Assembly: GCA_964478715.1 (NCBI GenBank)
Contig: CAYZIY010000007.1
Span: forward strand, 20,220-84,219
Reading direction: 5' to 3'
Origin: an uncultured Planctomycetales bacterium
GTDB taxonomy: Bacteria; Omnitrophota; Gorgyraeia; Zapsychrales; JBDRMG01
Length of the DNA: 64,000 nucleotides
Shown here: positions 10,845-21,719 of the stretch, one piece after another
Numbering within the stretch: the stretch's first letter is position 1
Layout: every line of letters begins with the position of its first letter
The notes under the pieces: generated by a model
Databases searched by the model: none
What the model was told of the DNA's origin: nothing
The model's input: the letters and a program-made list of their open reading frames with translations, nothing else
Translations under genes and position numbers: made by a program

Positions 10845-11607
10845 GGTCCATTTTACGGCGGAAATACGATCGAATAAAAAGATTTGCCCAAAGTATTATC
10901 GACTTTCACTTGATGCCAAAGGGATTGTCAAGAAAGTGAAGCCGGGTCAGTTCATTCACCTGAGGGTCACCCAAGGCCTTAATCCATTTTTCCGACGGCC
11001 CTTTAGTATTTTCCAGGCAAAGAAAACTTGTGATATTCTTTACGAGGTGGTCGGACAAGGAACCCAAATACTGGCTGAAAAGAAAAAGGGAGAACATTTG
11101 GATGTTTTAGGTCCACTGGGGCACGGGTTTTCTCTGCCTCAGAGGAGAATCAAACAGATCATTATGGTTGCCGGGGGAGTGGGTATCGCTCCTTTTTTGA
11201 TTCTTTCTGATGCGCTCAAAGAATTTCGAGGGCGAAAGATCTTGCTTTATGGAGCCCGAAGTAAAGGCCATATTTTTCCGTTTAAGGGTTTTCGCGACAG
11301 TGGAGTGAAGACACAAATTTCAACGAATGATGGAAGCGTGGGGCATAAAGGATACGTGACAGAACTGCTTTCTGAGCTGAAAGTGAATCCGAAGGAAGCA
11401 TTTCTTTATGCTTGCGGACCCCGGCCCATGTTAAGGGCTGTCAGCCAGTACGCTCTTGAAAAACAGATTGCTGCTGAAGGATCTTTTGAAGAAGTGATGG
11501 CCTGCGGATTGGGAGCCTGTTTGGGCTGTGCTATTAAAACAAAACAGGGATATCAAACTGTCTGTCGCGACGGCCCTGTTTTTAAGTTCGAGGATATCGT
11601 TTCTTGA
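10837..11607 (+). CDS. pyrK: Dihydroorotate dehydrogenase B electron transfer subunit
   Basis: PGQF, RRPFS, GGVGIAP, CGP, MACGLGACLGC...C [2Fe-2S] motif. Confidence 0.95.
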   Translation: MHKVHFTAEIRSNKKICPKYYRLSLDAKGIVKKVKPGQFIHLRVTQGLNPFFRRPFSIFQAKKTCDILYEVVGQGTQILAEKKKGEHLDVLGPLGHGFSLPQRRIKQIIMVAGGVGIAPFLILSDALKEFRGRKILLYGARSKGHIFPFKGFRDSGVKTQISTNDGSVGHKGYVTELLSELKVNPKEAFLYACGPRPMLRAVSQYALEKQIAAEGSFEEVMACGLGACLGCAIKTKQGYQTVCRDGPVFKFEDIVS

Positions 11608-11619
11608 GACAGGGGAGCT

Positions 11620-11977
11620 ATGTTGTCCGTGCGAGCATTATTGTTGGAACTGTCCGGTAGACTTATCGGGGGAATTTTTGGTATCGGCGGTGGCATTGTC
11701 AGGGTGCCGATTCCAGCCTATTTCTTGAGTTTGGCTCAGCAGGATACTTAGGTAGCTTCGTTTGTGATCATGCTCGCGCGGGTTACCTGTTTCGCTGAAT
11801 CGCTTTACTGCTATGCGGGTCATGTGAAAGTCAGGATTTCGATTTTTTTCCGCTTCGGGATTTTTTAGGCGCTTTTATCGGAATGCCTATTACTCAAGCT
11901 TTTCCGGATCAGAACTTGAAAAGGGATTTGGAATCTTTCTGATTTCTATTGGAATGCAAAGGGCACTATTGCAGTAA
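11620..11977 (+). pseudogene. Decayed sulfite exporter TauE/SafE family (half-size) gene
   Basis: GGGGAG RBS and ATG; LIGGIFGIGGGIVRVP, in-frame TAG, YAGHVKV, then frameshifted GAFIG...PDQNLKR / GFGIFLISIG. Confidence 0.75.
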
Positions 11978-12061
11978 GGCATCAAGTGCCCGGTCTCATC
12001 CATTAGATTCATCTTTACTGACACCTGAAGCCTAAATGATGACCGTATATTGAGCTCAAAA

Positions 12062-12979
12062 ATGAACTTATCCGTCCACATAGGAAAACTAAAACTAAAG
12101 AATCCGGTGACTGTTGCCTCCGGAACGTTTGGTTATGTCGACGCCTATTGCGATACTAAAAAACTCAGTCGGCTCGGCTGCCTGATTCCCAAGACTGTCA
12201 CACTCAAGGCTCAGCAAGGCAATCGGCCGCCTCGGATATGTGAAACCGCTTCGGGGATGCTCAATGCCATAGGAATTGAAAATGAAGGAGTGGATTCTTT
12301 TATTAAGAATAAGATTCCATTTCTCAAAAAGATTGGCGTTCCTTTGATTATCAGTATTCTCGGTTATTCGGATCGGGAATTTTCCATCTTGACAGAAAAA
12401 CTTCAAGGCATTAAAGGCGTGAAAGCTCTCGAGGCCAATCTTTCTTGTCCTAATTTGAAACAAAAAGAACTTGTGGCTCAGGATCCCCGGGCAACTGAGA
12501 GGGTTATTCGCAAGATAAAAAAAGCCAGTCGTTTACCAGTAATAGCCAAGCTTTCTCCTAATGTTACCGATATTGTTTCCATTGCCAAGGCCGCAGAAGC
12601 TGCCGGAGCGGATGCTCTGAGTTTGATCAATACTTATCGGGGAATGGCGATTGACAGCAAGGGTCGGAAACCGGTCTTAGGTAATATCACCGGTGGATTG
12701 AGCGGGCCAGCCATAAAACCTTTGGCTTTACGGATTGTATTTGAGGCGGCCGCAAACGTGCAAATTCCCATTATAGCCATGGGCGGAATAACAAACGCGC
12801 AGGATGCGATTGAGTTCTTTTTAGCCGGGGCCACAGTTGTGGCTGTGGGGACCGCTAATTTCCTTAATCCCTTAACGCCTCTTATCGTTATTGACGGAAT
12901 AAAGAAATATATGAAAAAATATCAATATCGTGATATCAATGATTTGATTGGAGATCTTGAGTCCCATGACAGAAAATAA
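12062..12979 (+). CDS. pyrD: Dihydroorotate dehydrogenase B catalytic subunit
   Basis: KNPVTVASGTFG, GMLNAIG, NLSCPN, KLSPN, GGLSGPAIKP. Confidence 0.96.
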   Translation: MNLSVHIGKLKLKNPVTVASGTFGYVDAYCDTKKLSRLGCLIPKTVTLKAQQGNRPPRICETASGMLNAIGIENEGVDSFIKNKIPFLKKIGVPLIISILGYSDREFSILTEKLQGIKGVKALEANLSCPNLKQKELVAQDPRATERVIRKIKKASRLPVIAKLSPNVTDIVSIAKAAEAAGADALSLINTYRGMAIDSKGRKPVLGNITGGLSGPAIKPLALRIVFEAAANVQIPIIAMGGITNAQDAIEFFLAGATVVAVGTANFLNPLTPLIVIDGIKKYMKKYQYRDINDLIGDLESHDRK

Positions 12980-13712
12980 ATCCAGACTGATTGTTGCTTT
13001 GGATGTAGAATCATTGGCTAAAGCCGGGGAACTAATCGATCTTCTGTATCCGGTTGTTGAGATTTTTAAAGTCGGTAGCCAACTTTTTACAGCCTGTGGT
13101 CCCGCTGCGGTGCGTTTTGTCCAGGCTCGCGGAGGAAAAGTTTTTTTGGATCTGAAATATCACGATATTCCAAATACGGTCGCTCAGGCCGTTACCCGGG
13201 CGGTGAGCCTGACTCTTCCTGAGCACGATGCCTCTGGATCAAATGGACAGACACCATCGGAAAAAGGCCTTTTTATGTTGACGATTCATACGCAAGGCGG
13301 CCTCGAGATGTGTCAGAGAGCTGCCGAGGCCGCCCAAAAAACAGCCTTAGAAAAAGGTCTGCGTAAGCCCGTTGTGTTAGGGATTACTGTCTTGACAAGC
13401 GAAAAGAAAGCCGATAGGATACAATTTCTTGTTATCGAACGAGCTCAACTAGCCAGGAAATCCGGCTGTGACGGAGTAGTCGCCTCTGTTGAGGAGGCTG
13501 CCTTAATCCGGCGAGAAATTGGAGAAGATTTCATTATTGTCACGCCGGGAATCCGATCCGAAGGTGCGCAAAAAGGGGATCAAAAAAGGGTTGCTACCCC
13601 CAAAGAGGCTATCACTCAGGGCAGTGATTTTATTGTTGTTGGACGACCAGTCATCCAAGCACAGGATCCCCTTAAAGCAGTTCGCGCGATTATTGATGAA
13701 ATGAATTCATGA
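12966..13712 (+). CDS. pyrF: Orotidine-5'-phosphate decarboxylase
   Basis: LIVALD, FLDLKYHDIPNT, VTPGIR, GDQKR, VVGRP; carries an ~18 aa loop insertion (LTLPEHDASGSNGQTPSE). Confidence 0.96.
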   Translation: MTENKSRLIVALDVESLAKAGELIDLLYPVVEIFKVGSQLFTACGPAAVRFVQARGGKVFLDLKYHDIPNTVAQAVTRAVSLTLPEHDASGSNGQTPSEKGLFMLTIHTQGGLEMCQRAAEAAQKTALEKGLRKPVVLGITVLTSEKKADRIQFLVIERAQLARKSGCDGVVASVEEAALIRREIGEDFIIVTPGIRSEGAQKGDQKRVATPKEAITQGSDFIVVGRPVIQAQDPLKAVRAIIDEMNS

Positions 13713-13728
13713 TAAGGAGAACGCAACG

Positions 13729-14364
13729 ATGTCTCAGCAAGTTCAGGAATTGATTAATAAGATCAAGAGCGAAGGAATTGATTCGGCCAAACAAAAAGCC
13801 TCTGAGATAGAAAAGCAGGCACAACAAAAAGCCCAGGATATTATCGAAAAGGCCCAGCAAGAAGCTGAGCAAATCATCCAGAAGGCCGAAAATGAATCTC
13901 AGCTGAAGAAAGAAAAAACGGAAAATGCTCTTAAGCAGTCTTCCCGCGATATGATTCTCACGCTGAAAAAAGAGATTAAAAAAATTCTTGATAACATTAT
14001 CCAGGAGGATGTCAAGGAGGTTTTATCTCGGGATCGGATGGCCCAGATCATCGCTGTTTCCATCAATGCATTTCTGGATCAAGGAAAACCAGATCACGAC
14101 ATCATCGTGACCGTTTCCGAAAAAGATCAGCAAGCGATCAAGAAAAGCGTTTTTACCAAAATCAAGGGTAAAGTCAAAGAGGGGATTGTTTTTAGAACGA
14201 GCGGTCTGCTCGATAAGGGTTTTTCAATCAGCTTCGATGCAGGAAAATCGGCTTTTGATTTTAGCGACCAGGCATTAGCGGAGTATTTAAGCAATTTTCT
14301 CCACGCGGAAACATCCCAGATCATTCAAAGCGCAGTAGATCAAAAAGACTCAAAAATCCAATGA
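13729..14364 (+). CDS. V/A-type ATP synthase subunit E
   Basis: QELINKIKSEG, coiled coil, GFSISFD..AFDFSDQALAEYL; first gene of the ATPase operon. Confidence 0.88.
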   Translation: MSQQVQELINKIKSEGIDSAKQKASEIEKQAQQKAQDIIEKAQQEAEQIIQKAENESQLKKEKTENALKQSSRDMILTLKKEIKKILDNIIQEDVKEVLSRDRMAQIIAVSINAFLDQGKPDHDIIVTVSEKDQQAIKKSVFTKIKGKVKEGIVFRTSGLLDKGFSISFDAGKSAFDFSDQALAEYLSNFLHAETSQIIQSAVDQKDSKIQ

Positions 14365-14924
14365 CAAACTATTATTATCTGGTCTCAAGTTTGCCGATAC
14401 TTAAAAAAGACGAGAAGCCTTTTCTGAGTTACGGAGATTTTCTTAAAGAATGCGAGAGGATTTGTTCACGCGATGATTTCTCACTGATTCAAAAAGCGAA
14501 TTTTGAGATTTCTGTGGATGATCCCGCATGCCGGCGCAACGATCTCTTAAAGCATTGGGCTGTTTATCTCAATTGCTATTCTAATGAAATGGCTCGATTC
14601 CGGGCCTTGCGTGCTCATAAAGATCCCATGGGTTATCTGCGCGGGGATAAATGCGTCAATCCGTTTCTTGCCGATGCCGTGAGCCAGGCTTTCAAGCAAA
14701 CCGATCCTCTCAAAGGAGAATTATTTTTAGATGAAACAATATGGGAATTTATTGAATGTTTGAGCAGTTACCATCAATTTGATCTGGAAACGCTGATTGC
14801 CTATGGATTGAAGCTACAGATTCTTGATCGCAAGCAAGTCTTTGAGTCCTCTGAAGGTCAAAAAATTTTGGACAGTTACAGCGGGGAAGTCCTGGAAGCT
14901 ATCAATAAAGGTGGAGACTCATGA
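14361..14924 (+). CDS. V-ATPase-associated DUF2764-family protein (subunit C-like)
   Basis: YYYLVSSLP N-terminus, FDLETLIAYGLKLQILDR; located between subunits E and A. Confidence 0.8.
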   Translation: MTNYYYLVSSLPILKKDEKPFLSYGDFLKECERICSRDDFSLIQKANFEISVDDPACRRNDLLKHWAVYLNCYSNEMARFRALRAHKDPMGYLRGDKCVNPFLADAVSQAFKQTDPLKGELFLDETIWEFIECLSSYHQFDLETLIAYGLKLQILDRKQVFESSEGQKILDSYSGEVLEAINKGGDS

Positions 14925-16675
14925 CACAAACACAAGAAAAAAGACGAATAGGAAAAGTTATCGGTGTTAACGGTAACATGGTCAAAGTTGCCTTTGATAC
15001 TCACGTGATCCAAAATGAGGTCGCTTATATTCTCTGCGGGCAAGAACGTCTTAAATCAGAAGTGATTCGTATCCGGGGAAAACAGGCCGAGATTCAATGT
15101 TTCGAAGATACCCAGAACATTCAAGTGGGTTTTGATGTGGAATTTAGCAATGAACTTCTTAGCGTCGAACTCGGTCCGGGTTTGATCGGTCAAGTATTTG
15201 ACGGGTTGCAGAATCCCTTGCCGCAGTTGGCGAAAAAATATGGTTTTTTCTTAAAGCGCGGGAAATATCTGGATCCTTTGCCCGATGACAGTCGCTGGGA
15301 ATTCACGCCGAGAGCAAAAGAAGGCGATAGGGTGCGCGCCGGTTCAAAACTTGGAGAGGTTCCTGAGAAGATCTTCCAGCATTGGATTATGGTTCCTTTT
15401 TATTTGCGGGGAGAATGCGAAATCACTGAAATCGCATTCAAAGGAACTTATCGCTTGACGCAGGAGATTGCTAAAGTACGTGATGAAAAGGGACAAGTCC
15501 ATCCAGTGACAATGCAGCAAACCTGGCCTGTGAAAATTCCTATCAGTGCTTATGAGCAGAAACTGCTCCCCCGGGAACCTTTAGTTACCAAAATTCGAAT
15601 CATTGATGCCTTAATGCCGGTGGCCCGCGGAGGAACTTTTTGTACGCCCGGTCCCTTTGGTAGCGGTAAAACTGTTCTGCAGCATTTGATCAGCCGGCAT
15701 GCGGAAGCCGATCTTGTCATTATCGCTGCCTGCGGAGAGCGCGCCGGTGAAGTCGTTGAAGTCTTAAGAACCTTTCCGGAGTTGACAGATCCACGGACCG
15801 GAAAGAAATTGATTGATCGGACCATTATTATCTGCAACACAAGTTCCATGCCGGTGGCTGCCCGGGAATCCAGCGTCTATACAGCGGTAACCCTGGGGGA
15901 ATATTATCGCCAGATGGGATTAAATGTTTTACTTTTGGCTGATTCGACTTCCCGATGGGCGCAGGCCATGCGTGAAGTGTCCGGTCGCTTAGAAGAAATA
16001 CCCGGCGAGGAAGCTTTTCCAGCCTATTTAGAAACGCGCATTGCCTCTTTTTATGAGCGGGCCGGTCTGGTTAAGTTGCATGACGGAAGCTGTGGGTCTG
16101 TTACTATCGGTGGGGCGGTTTCTCCCGCCGGAGGCAATTTTGAAGAACCGGTTACACAGGCCACACTAAAGGTTGTTGGTGCTTTTCACGGGCTCTCGCG
16201 AGATCGGGCTAATGCCAGACGGTATCCGGCCATAGATCCTTTAGAAAGTTGGAGTAAATACCAAAGCTTTATCCCTCAGCAGGCTATTCAAAAGGGGACG
16301 AAAATTATCCAAAGAAGCAATTCCGTTCATCAAATGATGAAAGTGATTGGCGAAGAAGGGACATCTTTGGGAGATTTTATTGATTATTTAAAAGGAGAAT
16401 TTTTTGATGCCGTTTTCTTGCAGCAGAACGCTTTCGATAAGGTTGATGAGGCTACAACCGCAGAGCGTCAGAAACATGTTATTGGTTTGATCGAAGAAAT
16501 TCTTGATCTTGAGATGGATTTTGAGTCTAAAGAAAAAGCCCGGCGGTTTTTTCAGGAGTTAAGGCAAAAATTCATCAACTGGAATTCAACGGAATTTCAG
16601 GTCGATGCTTTCAAGAGAATCGAAAAAGAATTGCGCGACAAAATCGGTAATAAAGGCGGTTCTGACAATGCGTAA
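14921..16675 (+). CDS. V/A-type ATP synthase subunit A
   Basis: P-loop [43 protein letters not shown]. Confidence 0.97.
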   Translation: MTQTQEKRRIGKVIGVNGNMVKVAFDTHVIQNEVAYILCGQERLKSEVIRIRGKQAEIQCFEDTQNIQVGFDVEFSNELLSVELGPGLIGQVFDGLQNPLPQLAKKYGFFLKRGKYLDPLPDDSRWEFTPRAKEGDRVRAGSKLGEVPEKIFQHWIMVPFYLRGECEITEIAFKGTYRLTQEIAKVRDEKGQVHPVTMQQTWPVKIPISAYEQKLLPREPLVTKIRIIDALMPVARGGTFCTPGPFGSGKTVLQHLISRHAEADLVIIAACGERAGEVVEVLRTFPELTDPRTGKKLIDRTIIICNTSSMPVAARESSVYTAVTLGEYYRQMGLNVLLLADSTSRWAQAMREVSGRLEEIPGEEAFPAYLETRIASFYERAGLVKLHDGSCGSVTIGGAVSPAGGNFEEPVTQATLKVVGAFHGLSRDRANARRYPAIDPLESWSKYQSFIPQQAIQKGTKIIQRSNSVHQMMKVIGEEGTSLGDFIDYLKGEFFDAVFLQQNAFDKVDEATTAERQKHVIGLIEEILDLEMDFESKEKARRFFQELRQKFINWNSTEFQVDAFKRIEKELRDKIGNKGGSDNA

Positions 16676-18005
16676 AATTTACAGTCAAATTCTTCAGATC
16701 GCAGGTGATGTCATCACAGTGGAAGCCGAAAACGTAGGCTATCGGGAGCTTGCTGAAATCAAGACAAAACGGGGCGCGTCATTGGCCCAGGTGATTCGGT
16801 TGGACGGGAACAAGGTTTCCCTTCAAGTGCTCGCCGGAAGCCGCGGTATTTCAACAGACGATCAAGTGCGTTTTCTTCGGCATCCAATGCGTATTTCCTA
16901 TTCAAGTAATCTTTTGGGTCGTATATTTACCGGAAGCGGTCTGCCGCGCGATCAAGGCCCGTCTTTGTCCGAGAATATGATTGATATCGGAGGTCCCCCT
17001 GTCAATCCTTCCAAGAGAATCATTCCTAAGAATATGATCAGGACAGGAATCCCGATGATCGATATTTTCAATTCGCTGGTGGAATCGCAAAAACTGCCTG
17101 TTTTTTCTGTCGCCGGCGAACCCTACAATCCTCTGCTCGCCAGGATAGCGATGCAGGCTGAGGTAGATATCATCATTTTGGGTGCGATGGGTTTAAAGTA
17201 CGACGATTATCTTTATTTTAAAAATACCTTCGAACAAAATGGTTCGCTGTCACGATCCATCTTCTTTGTTCATACGGCCAGCGATCCAACGGTGGAATGT
17301 TTACTTGTTCCCGATGTGAGTTTGGCTGTGGCCGAGCAGTTTGCGCTTGAAGGCAAACGGGTATTGGTGCTTTTAAGCGACATGACCAATTTCTGTGATG
17401 CCTTAAAGGAAATTGCCATTACGATGGAACAGATTCCCTCTAATCGGGGGTATCCCGGAGATCTCTACAGCCAGTTAGCCGGCCGTTATGAAAAGGCCGT
17501 AGATTTTGATACGGCCGGCTCCATCACTATCCTGGCGGCGACAACCATGCCGGGTGACGACGTGACCCATCCGGTTCCTGACAACACAGGCTATATCACC
17601 GAGGGCCAATTTTATCTTAGGGGTGGACATATTGAACCCTTCGGCTCCTTGAGCCGTTTAAAGCAACAGGTAAACGGTGAGACAAGAGATGATCATCGCG
17701 CGATCATGGATCGAATGATTCAGTTATTCGCCGATTATCGCGAAGCCTTGGAGAAGAAATCTCTGGGTTTTCAGATGAGTCATTGGGATAAAAAGCTTTT
17801 GGCTTATGGAAAACGTTTCGAAGAAGAACTCATGGATCTTTCGGTCAACATTCCTCTTGAAGAGGCTTTGGATCGGGGATGGACCATTTTGGCGGACATA
17901 TTCGATCAGACTGAGACGGGAATGAAGGATTTCTTGCTGGAAAAACACTGGCCGAAGGAAAAAAAGCAAAAAGATCATGAGCAAGATCAAACTGACCAAA
18001 GGTGA
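16668..18005 (+). CDS. V/A-type ATP synthase subunit B
   Basis: [45 protein letters not shown]. Confidence 0.97.
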   Translation: MRKIYSQILQIAGDVITVEAENVGYRELAEIKTKRGASLAQVIRLDGNKVSLQVLAGSRGISTDDQVRFLRHPMRISYSSNLLGRIFTGSGLPRDQGPSLSENMIDIGGPPVNPSKRIIPKNMIRTGIPMIDIFNSLVESQKLPVFSVAGEPYNPLLARIAMQAEVDIIILGAMGLKYDDYLYFKNTFEQNGSLSRSIFFVHTASDPTVECLLVPDVSLAVAEQFALEGKRVLVLLSDMTNFCDALKEIAITMEQIPSNRGYPGDLYSQLAGRYEKAVDFDTAGSITILAATTMPGDDVTHPVPDNTGYITEGQFYLRGGHIEPFGSLSRLKQQVNGETRDDHRAIMDRMIQLFADYREALEKKSLGFQMSHWDKKLLAYGKRFEEELMDLSVNIPLEEALDRGWTILADIFDQTETGMKDFLLEKHWPKEKKQKDHEQDQTDQR

Positions 18006-18585
18006 ACTCAAGCGCCAGCGTGACAGCTTGCAGCAATATGAGCATTATCTACCGACCTTACAGCTTAAGAAACAGCAGCTTCAAGCTAAAATTCTGGAAG
18101 TCAAAAGAGGATTGGCTGAAAGGGAAAAACTTTTGGATGAAAAAAAGCAATTCATTGAACAATGGAGCGGGTTGCTGGCCGACGTTCGCTTTGAAATCAG
18201 ACCATGGGTGATCCCTGTTCAGGTTGTAAAGGAAGATGTCAATATCGCAGGCGTCAGACTTCCGTTGTGCAAATCCATCCAGTATAAAGACATTGATTAC
18301 GATTTTTATGCAACTCCTTTTTGGACTGACCAAGCCATTGAGCGGATGAGAGATTTCTTTAATATCCTTATTGAAGTAAATCTGATCAAAAGACAAATAG
18401 ATATTCTGGCTCAAGAGTTACGCATAATTACTCAACGCGTTAATCTTTTTGAGAAGGTCAAAATACCCGAATGCATGGATCATATCAGAAAAATACGGAT
18501 TTATCTTGGTGATCAGCAGGCTAGTGCCGTTGGGATCAGTAAGGTTGCCAAGAAAAAGATCGAATCCCTCAGCGTGGTCGGATAA
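17977..18585 (+). CDS. V/A-type ATP synthase subunit D
   Basis: [24 protein letters not shown]. Confidence 0.95.
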   Translation: MSKIKLTKGELKRQRDSLQQYEHYLPTLQLKKQQLQAKILEVKRGLAEREKLLDEKKQFIEQWSGLLADVRFEIRPWVIPVQVVKEDVNIAGVRLPLCKSIQYKDIDYDFYATPFWTDQAIERMRDFFNILIEVNLIKRQIDILAQELRIITQRVNLFEKVKIPECMDHIRKIRIYLGDQQASAVGISKVAKKKIESLSVVG

Positions 18586-18587
18586 CT

Positions 18588-20354
18588 ATGATTGTTTCCA
18601 TGAAAAAAGTTTATGTCATTACCCAAGACAAGGACGTCTCTCTTGCTGTAGGGGCACTTAAAAGTTTCGGTGCTTTGCACATTGAGCATGAACAATCTCC
18701 TTTAAGCGATGATGTGAACAAACTAAAAGAACAGATTGATACTGTTTCTCGCGTCATTGAATTTTTATCGATTAAGCAGGAGAAGCAGGGGAATATGGCC
18801 ACCGATCAGTGGCTGGAGACGGCACAGCGTATTGTCCGTACTCAGGAAGAGATTCATGAGCTTCAAGATGAAATGATTAGCCGCAAGATGGTCATTCAGC
18901 AATGGGAGCCCTGGGGCGATTTTTCTCTTAAAGATATCAATTATTTAAAGAACCATGGCATTTATCTCGGACTTTATCGAATTCCCTTAAAAGCATTGAA
19001 AAGCATCGGTGAGGATATTGTTTTGCAGGTGGTTTTCCGTTTTTCCGGCATGGCTTATTGTGTGGTCGTTAGTGATTATGAGATTAAACTTGATTTTGAA
19101 CAAATAAAATTTCCTGAAACGGGACTGAGTCAACTAAAGATATTGCAGAGCCAAGATGCTGACAAGCTAGAGAAAAAAGAAAAAAGACTCAAAGAAATGG
19201 CTCAATATCGGCAGTATTATCTGGAGCTGATCGAACAGCTGAAAATGGAATTAAAAACCAAGGAAGCTATCGCCGCTGTAAAACAGGCAGAATCTCTGGC
19301 TTATCTCAAGGGTTTTTGTCCGAAACCGTCTTGTGAGTCTCTGCGCCATTATGCCAAAAGAAAGAAATGGGGTCTTATCATGGAGGACCCGGGCGAAGGT
19401 GAAAGAGTGCCTACCATGCTTCGTAATCCAAGATGGGTCGAAATCATTCAGCCGGTTTTTAGGATGATGAATATTCTTCCCGGATATTGCGAAGTGGATA
19501 TCAGTCTGTTTTTTCTGATTTTCTTTTCAGTTTTCTTCGGTATGCTGATTGGCGATGCTGGATATGGGCTGGTTTTTGCAGGGCTGACGATTTGGGGACA
19601 TCTAAAAACAAAAGGAAAACCGAATCAGTCTCTTTTTATTCTGATGTATGTTCTTAGCGGTTGTGCGGTTATCTGGGGAGTCTTAACCGGGACGTTTTTC
19701 GGGCAAAAGTGGCTGGCTGGAAACATCCAGCCACTTTTGCCCTGGCTTGCGGATAATACGCATATCCAGAAACTTTGTTTTTTGATTGGCGCGATTCATT
19801 TAAGTATTGCGCACGCCTGGCGGGCGTTAATTAAATGGCCTTCGAAAAGCGTTGTCAGTGAATTTGGCTGGCTGAGTTTGCTTTGGGGGATGTATTTTCT
19901 GGCAAAGTTATTAATTTTGAATCAACCGTTGCCTCCATTTTCAAACGTTCTTTTTATCGGCGGAGCGCTGGGTGTAATATTTTTTAGCAAACCGCAAAAG
20001 AATATCCTGAAAGGTATGGCGGTTGGCTTAGGGGAATTATTAATTAATGTTCTAAATACGTTTACCGATGTGGTGTCCTATATCCGACTATTTGCCGTTG
20101 GTTTAGCGACCGTTGCCGTAGCTGATGCCTTTAATCAGATGGCGGCGGAAATCGGCATGGGGAGTTTTCTATCGGGCCTGGCCATGTCCCTGATTCTGGT
20201 TTTTGGACACTTGCTGAATATTCTTCTAGGAGCGATGGCGATCTTGGTACACGGGGTAAGATTAAATGTTTTGGAATTTTCTAGTCATTTGAATATGGAA
20301 TGGAGCGGGATCCCGTATGATCCCCTAAGAGAGACCAAAAACATCAAAGTTTAA
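18588..20354 (+). CDS. V/A-type ATP synthase subunit I (a)
   Basis: FFGMLIGDAGYG, SYIRLFAVGLA, HGVRLNVLEF. Confidence 0.95.
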   Translation: MIVSMKKVYVITQDKDVSLAVGALKSFGALHIEHEQSPLSDDVNKLKEQIDTVSRVIEFLSIKQEKQGNMATDQWLETAQRIVRTQEEIHELQDEMISRKMVIQQWEPWGDFSLKDINYLKNHGIYLGLYRIPLKALKSIGEDIVLQVVFRFSGMAYCVVVSDYEIKLDFEQIKFPETGLSQLKILQSQDADKLEKKEKRLKEMAQYRQYYLELIEQLKMELKTKEAIAAVKQAESLAYLKGFCPKPSCESLRHYAKRKKWGLIMEDPGEGERVPTMLRNPRWVEIIQPVFRMMNILPGYCEVDISLFFLIFFSVFFGMLIGDAGYGLVFAGLTIWGHLKTKGKPNQSLFILMYVLSGCAVIWGVLTGTFFGQKWLAGNIQPLLPWLADNTHIQKLCFLIGAIHLSIAHAWRALIKWPSKSVVSEFGWLSLLWGMYFLAKLLILNQPLPPFSNVLFIGGALGVIFFSKPQKNILKGMAVGLGELLINVLNTFTDVVSYIRLFAVGLATVAVADAFNQMAAEIGMGSFLSGLAMSLILVFGHLLNILLGAMAILVHGVRLNVLEFSSHLNMEWSGIPYDPLRETKNIKV

Positions 20355-20370
20355 CACAAGGAGTTTGATT

Positions 20371-20826
20371 ATGGAAAATGCGGTTCTTTGGCAGCTTCAG
20401 GATTTAGGGGTCGCCGGTGCTTTAGCTTTGGCAGCGGCAGGTTCAGCTCTGGGCACCGGGGTAGCCGGTATGGCGGCTGTCGGAGCGTGGAAAAAGTGTT
20501 TTGCGATGAGTAAAGCGGCACCTTTTATCTTAACGGTTTTTGTGGGTGCGCCATTATCCCAAACGATTTACGGGATGATTGTGATGAATTCCTTAATCAA
20601 TAACGTGACTCAGGGAGATTTCTTCTGGGGCGCGGGTCTGCTCGGCGGAATAGCGATGGGACTGTCGGCCTGGATGCAGGGCAAAGCCGGTGCTGCCGCC
20701 GCCGATGCGCTAGCCGAAACAGGCAAGGGATTTGGAAATTATCTGATTGTTTTAGGGATTATCGAGACGGTCGCCCTGTTTGTTATGGTTTTTACTTTGA
20801 TGGGTACCGGGAAGATAGTTGGCTAG
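20371..20826 (+). CDS. V/A-type ATP synthase subunit K (c), 4-TM, Na+-type signature
   Basis: GSALGTG, APLSQTIYG, SAWMQG, IIETVALF. Confidence 0.93.
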   Translation: MENAVLWQLQDLGVAGALALAAAGSALGTGVAGMAAVGAWKKCFAMSKAAPFILTVFVGAPLSQTIYGMIVMNSLINNVTQGDFFWGAGLLGGIAMGLSAWMQGKAGAAAADALAETGKGFGNYLIVLGIIETVALFVMVFTLMGTGKIVG

Positions 20827-20833
20827 ATTTAAC

Positions 20834-20907
20834 GGGGAATTAGCTCAGTTGGTTAGAGCGTCTGACTTACATTCAGAAGGCCAGGGGTTCGAGTCCTCTA
20901 TTCCCCA
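20834..20907 (+). tRNA. tRNA-Val (TAC)
   Basis: GGGGAAT/ATTCCCC acceptor, TCTGA-CTTACAT-TCAGA anticodon arm, GTTCGAGTC. Confidence 0.95.
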
Positions 20908-20978
20908 TTAAACAGAATGAAATTGAATGCGGGCTAGGGAGTTCTGCACTGCCCACCATTTTTTTAGACCTCATTTAT

Positions 20979-21008
20979 TAAACTGCGTAGTCACTACGCA
21001 GTTTTTTT
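20979..21008 (+). terminator. Rho-independent terminator
   Basis: AAACTGCGTAG-TCA-CTACGCAGTTTTTTT. Confidence 0.85.
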
Positions 21009-21009
21009 A

Positions 21010-21370
21010 TCAAGAACGAACCCAGTTAACGGCTGAATCCATATCTTCAAAAATCTTCACGCGATTGGTGGTTTTAATCTTTTGACCCTAACTCCAGAGG
21101 CGATTCCAATTCGATTCAGATTCTACCACAATGGCGCATTTGCCGTCTCCGATTTTTTCTTCATTTTCCATGTGAAATTTCCTGATCATTTTGAGGTCTT
21201 CTAAAGTCGCTTGAGAAAGATCAATGCCGCGGTGGTCGAAGATTATCTTTCCGCTTGGTTGATAAGAAGGAGATTCAAGGATCGCTTTGGCCATATCAAT
21301 AAAACCCTCCTTGGCCGTTCATGAGCTCTGTGGTTTTGATTAACAAAAAATCTTCAGGATTATGAGATGT
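21010..21370 (-). pseudogene. Disrupted SpoIIAA-like (STAS/SEC14) small protein
   Basis: ORF 21088-21294 continues in frame past TAG as GQKIKTTNRVKIFEDMDSAVNWVRS*, a typical SpoIIAA-like tail; an upstream part (FLLIKTT) is in another frame. Confidence 0.65.
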
Positions 21371-21504
21371 TAAGTCAACTTCCAATATTTTCTATATAAA
21401 TCCGTGTTTATCGTTTTATGTTGTAAGTTGCTCAGTTTATCATTAATACATTTTATAAACAATAGGTTGCGACCATTTCCAAAAATTAACCTTAACAATG
21501 TGTT

Positions 21505-21535
21505 GTGATCAAAAGTTTTCGTGATCAAAAGTTTT
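21505..21535 (+). repeat. Direct repeat GTGATCAAAAGTTTT x2 upstream of the tRNA-Asp promoter
   Basis: 15-bp units at 21505 and 21521, followed by TTTACA-17 nt-TAAACT. Confidence 0.75.
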
Positions 21536-21589
21536 TCTTTACAAACCCTTATTTCCATATTAAACTTGGAATCAAAATTTAAATTGGAT

Positions 21590-21667
21590 GGGCCCGTGGT
21601 GTAGCCCGGTTAACATATCTGCTTGTCACGCAGAAGATCGCGAGTTCAAATCTCGTCGGGCCCGCCA
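21590..21667 (+). tRNA. tRNA-Asp (GTC)
   Basis: GGGCCCG/CGGGCCC acceptor, TCTGC-TTGTCAC-GCAGA anticodon arm, encoded CCA. Confidence 0.96.
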
Positions 21668-21670
21668 AAT

Positions 21671-21700
21671 GAAATCCTGCTTTTGCAGGATTTCTTATTT
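21671..21700 (+). terminator. Rho-independent terminator after tRNA-Asp
   Basis: GAAATCCTGC-TTTT-GCAGGATTTC-TTATTT. Confidence 0.85.
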
Positions 21701-21719
21701 GGTAAAGCTCACCCGTTTA

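Noticed and set aside
20930-20958. GGCTAGGGAGTTC...CCCACCA resembling a tRNA 3' fragment or att site
   Set aside because: No complete T arm, weak similarity to the adjacent tRNA-Val and no integrase.
21010-21294. In-frame TAG as possible pyrrolysine or stop-codon recoding
   Set aside because: The gene also has a frameshift, and TAG serves as a normal stop for many intact genes in this window.
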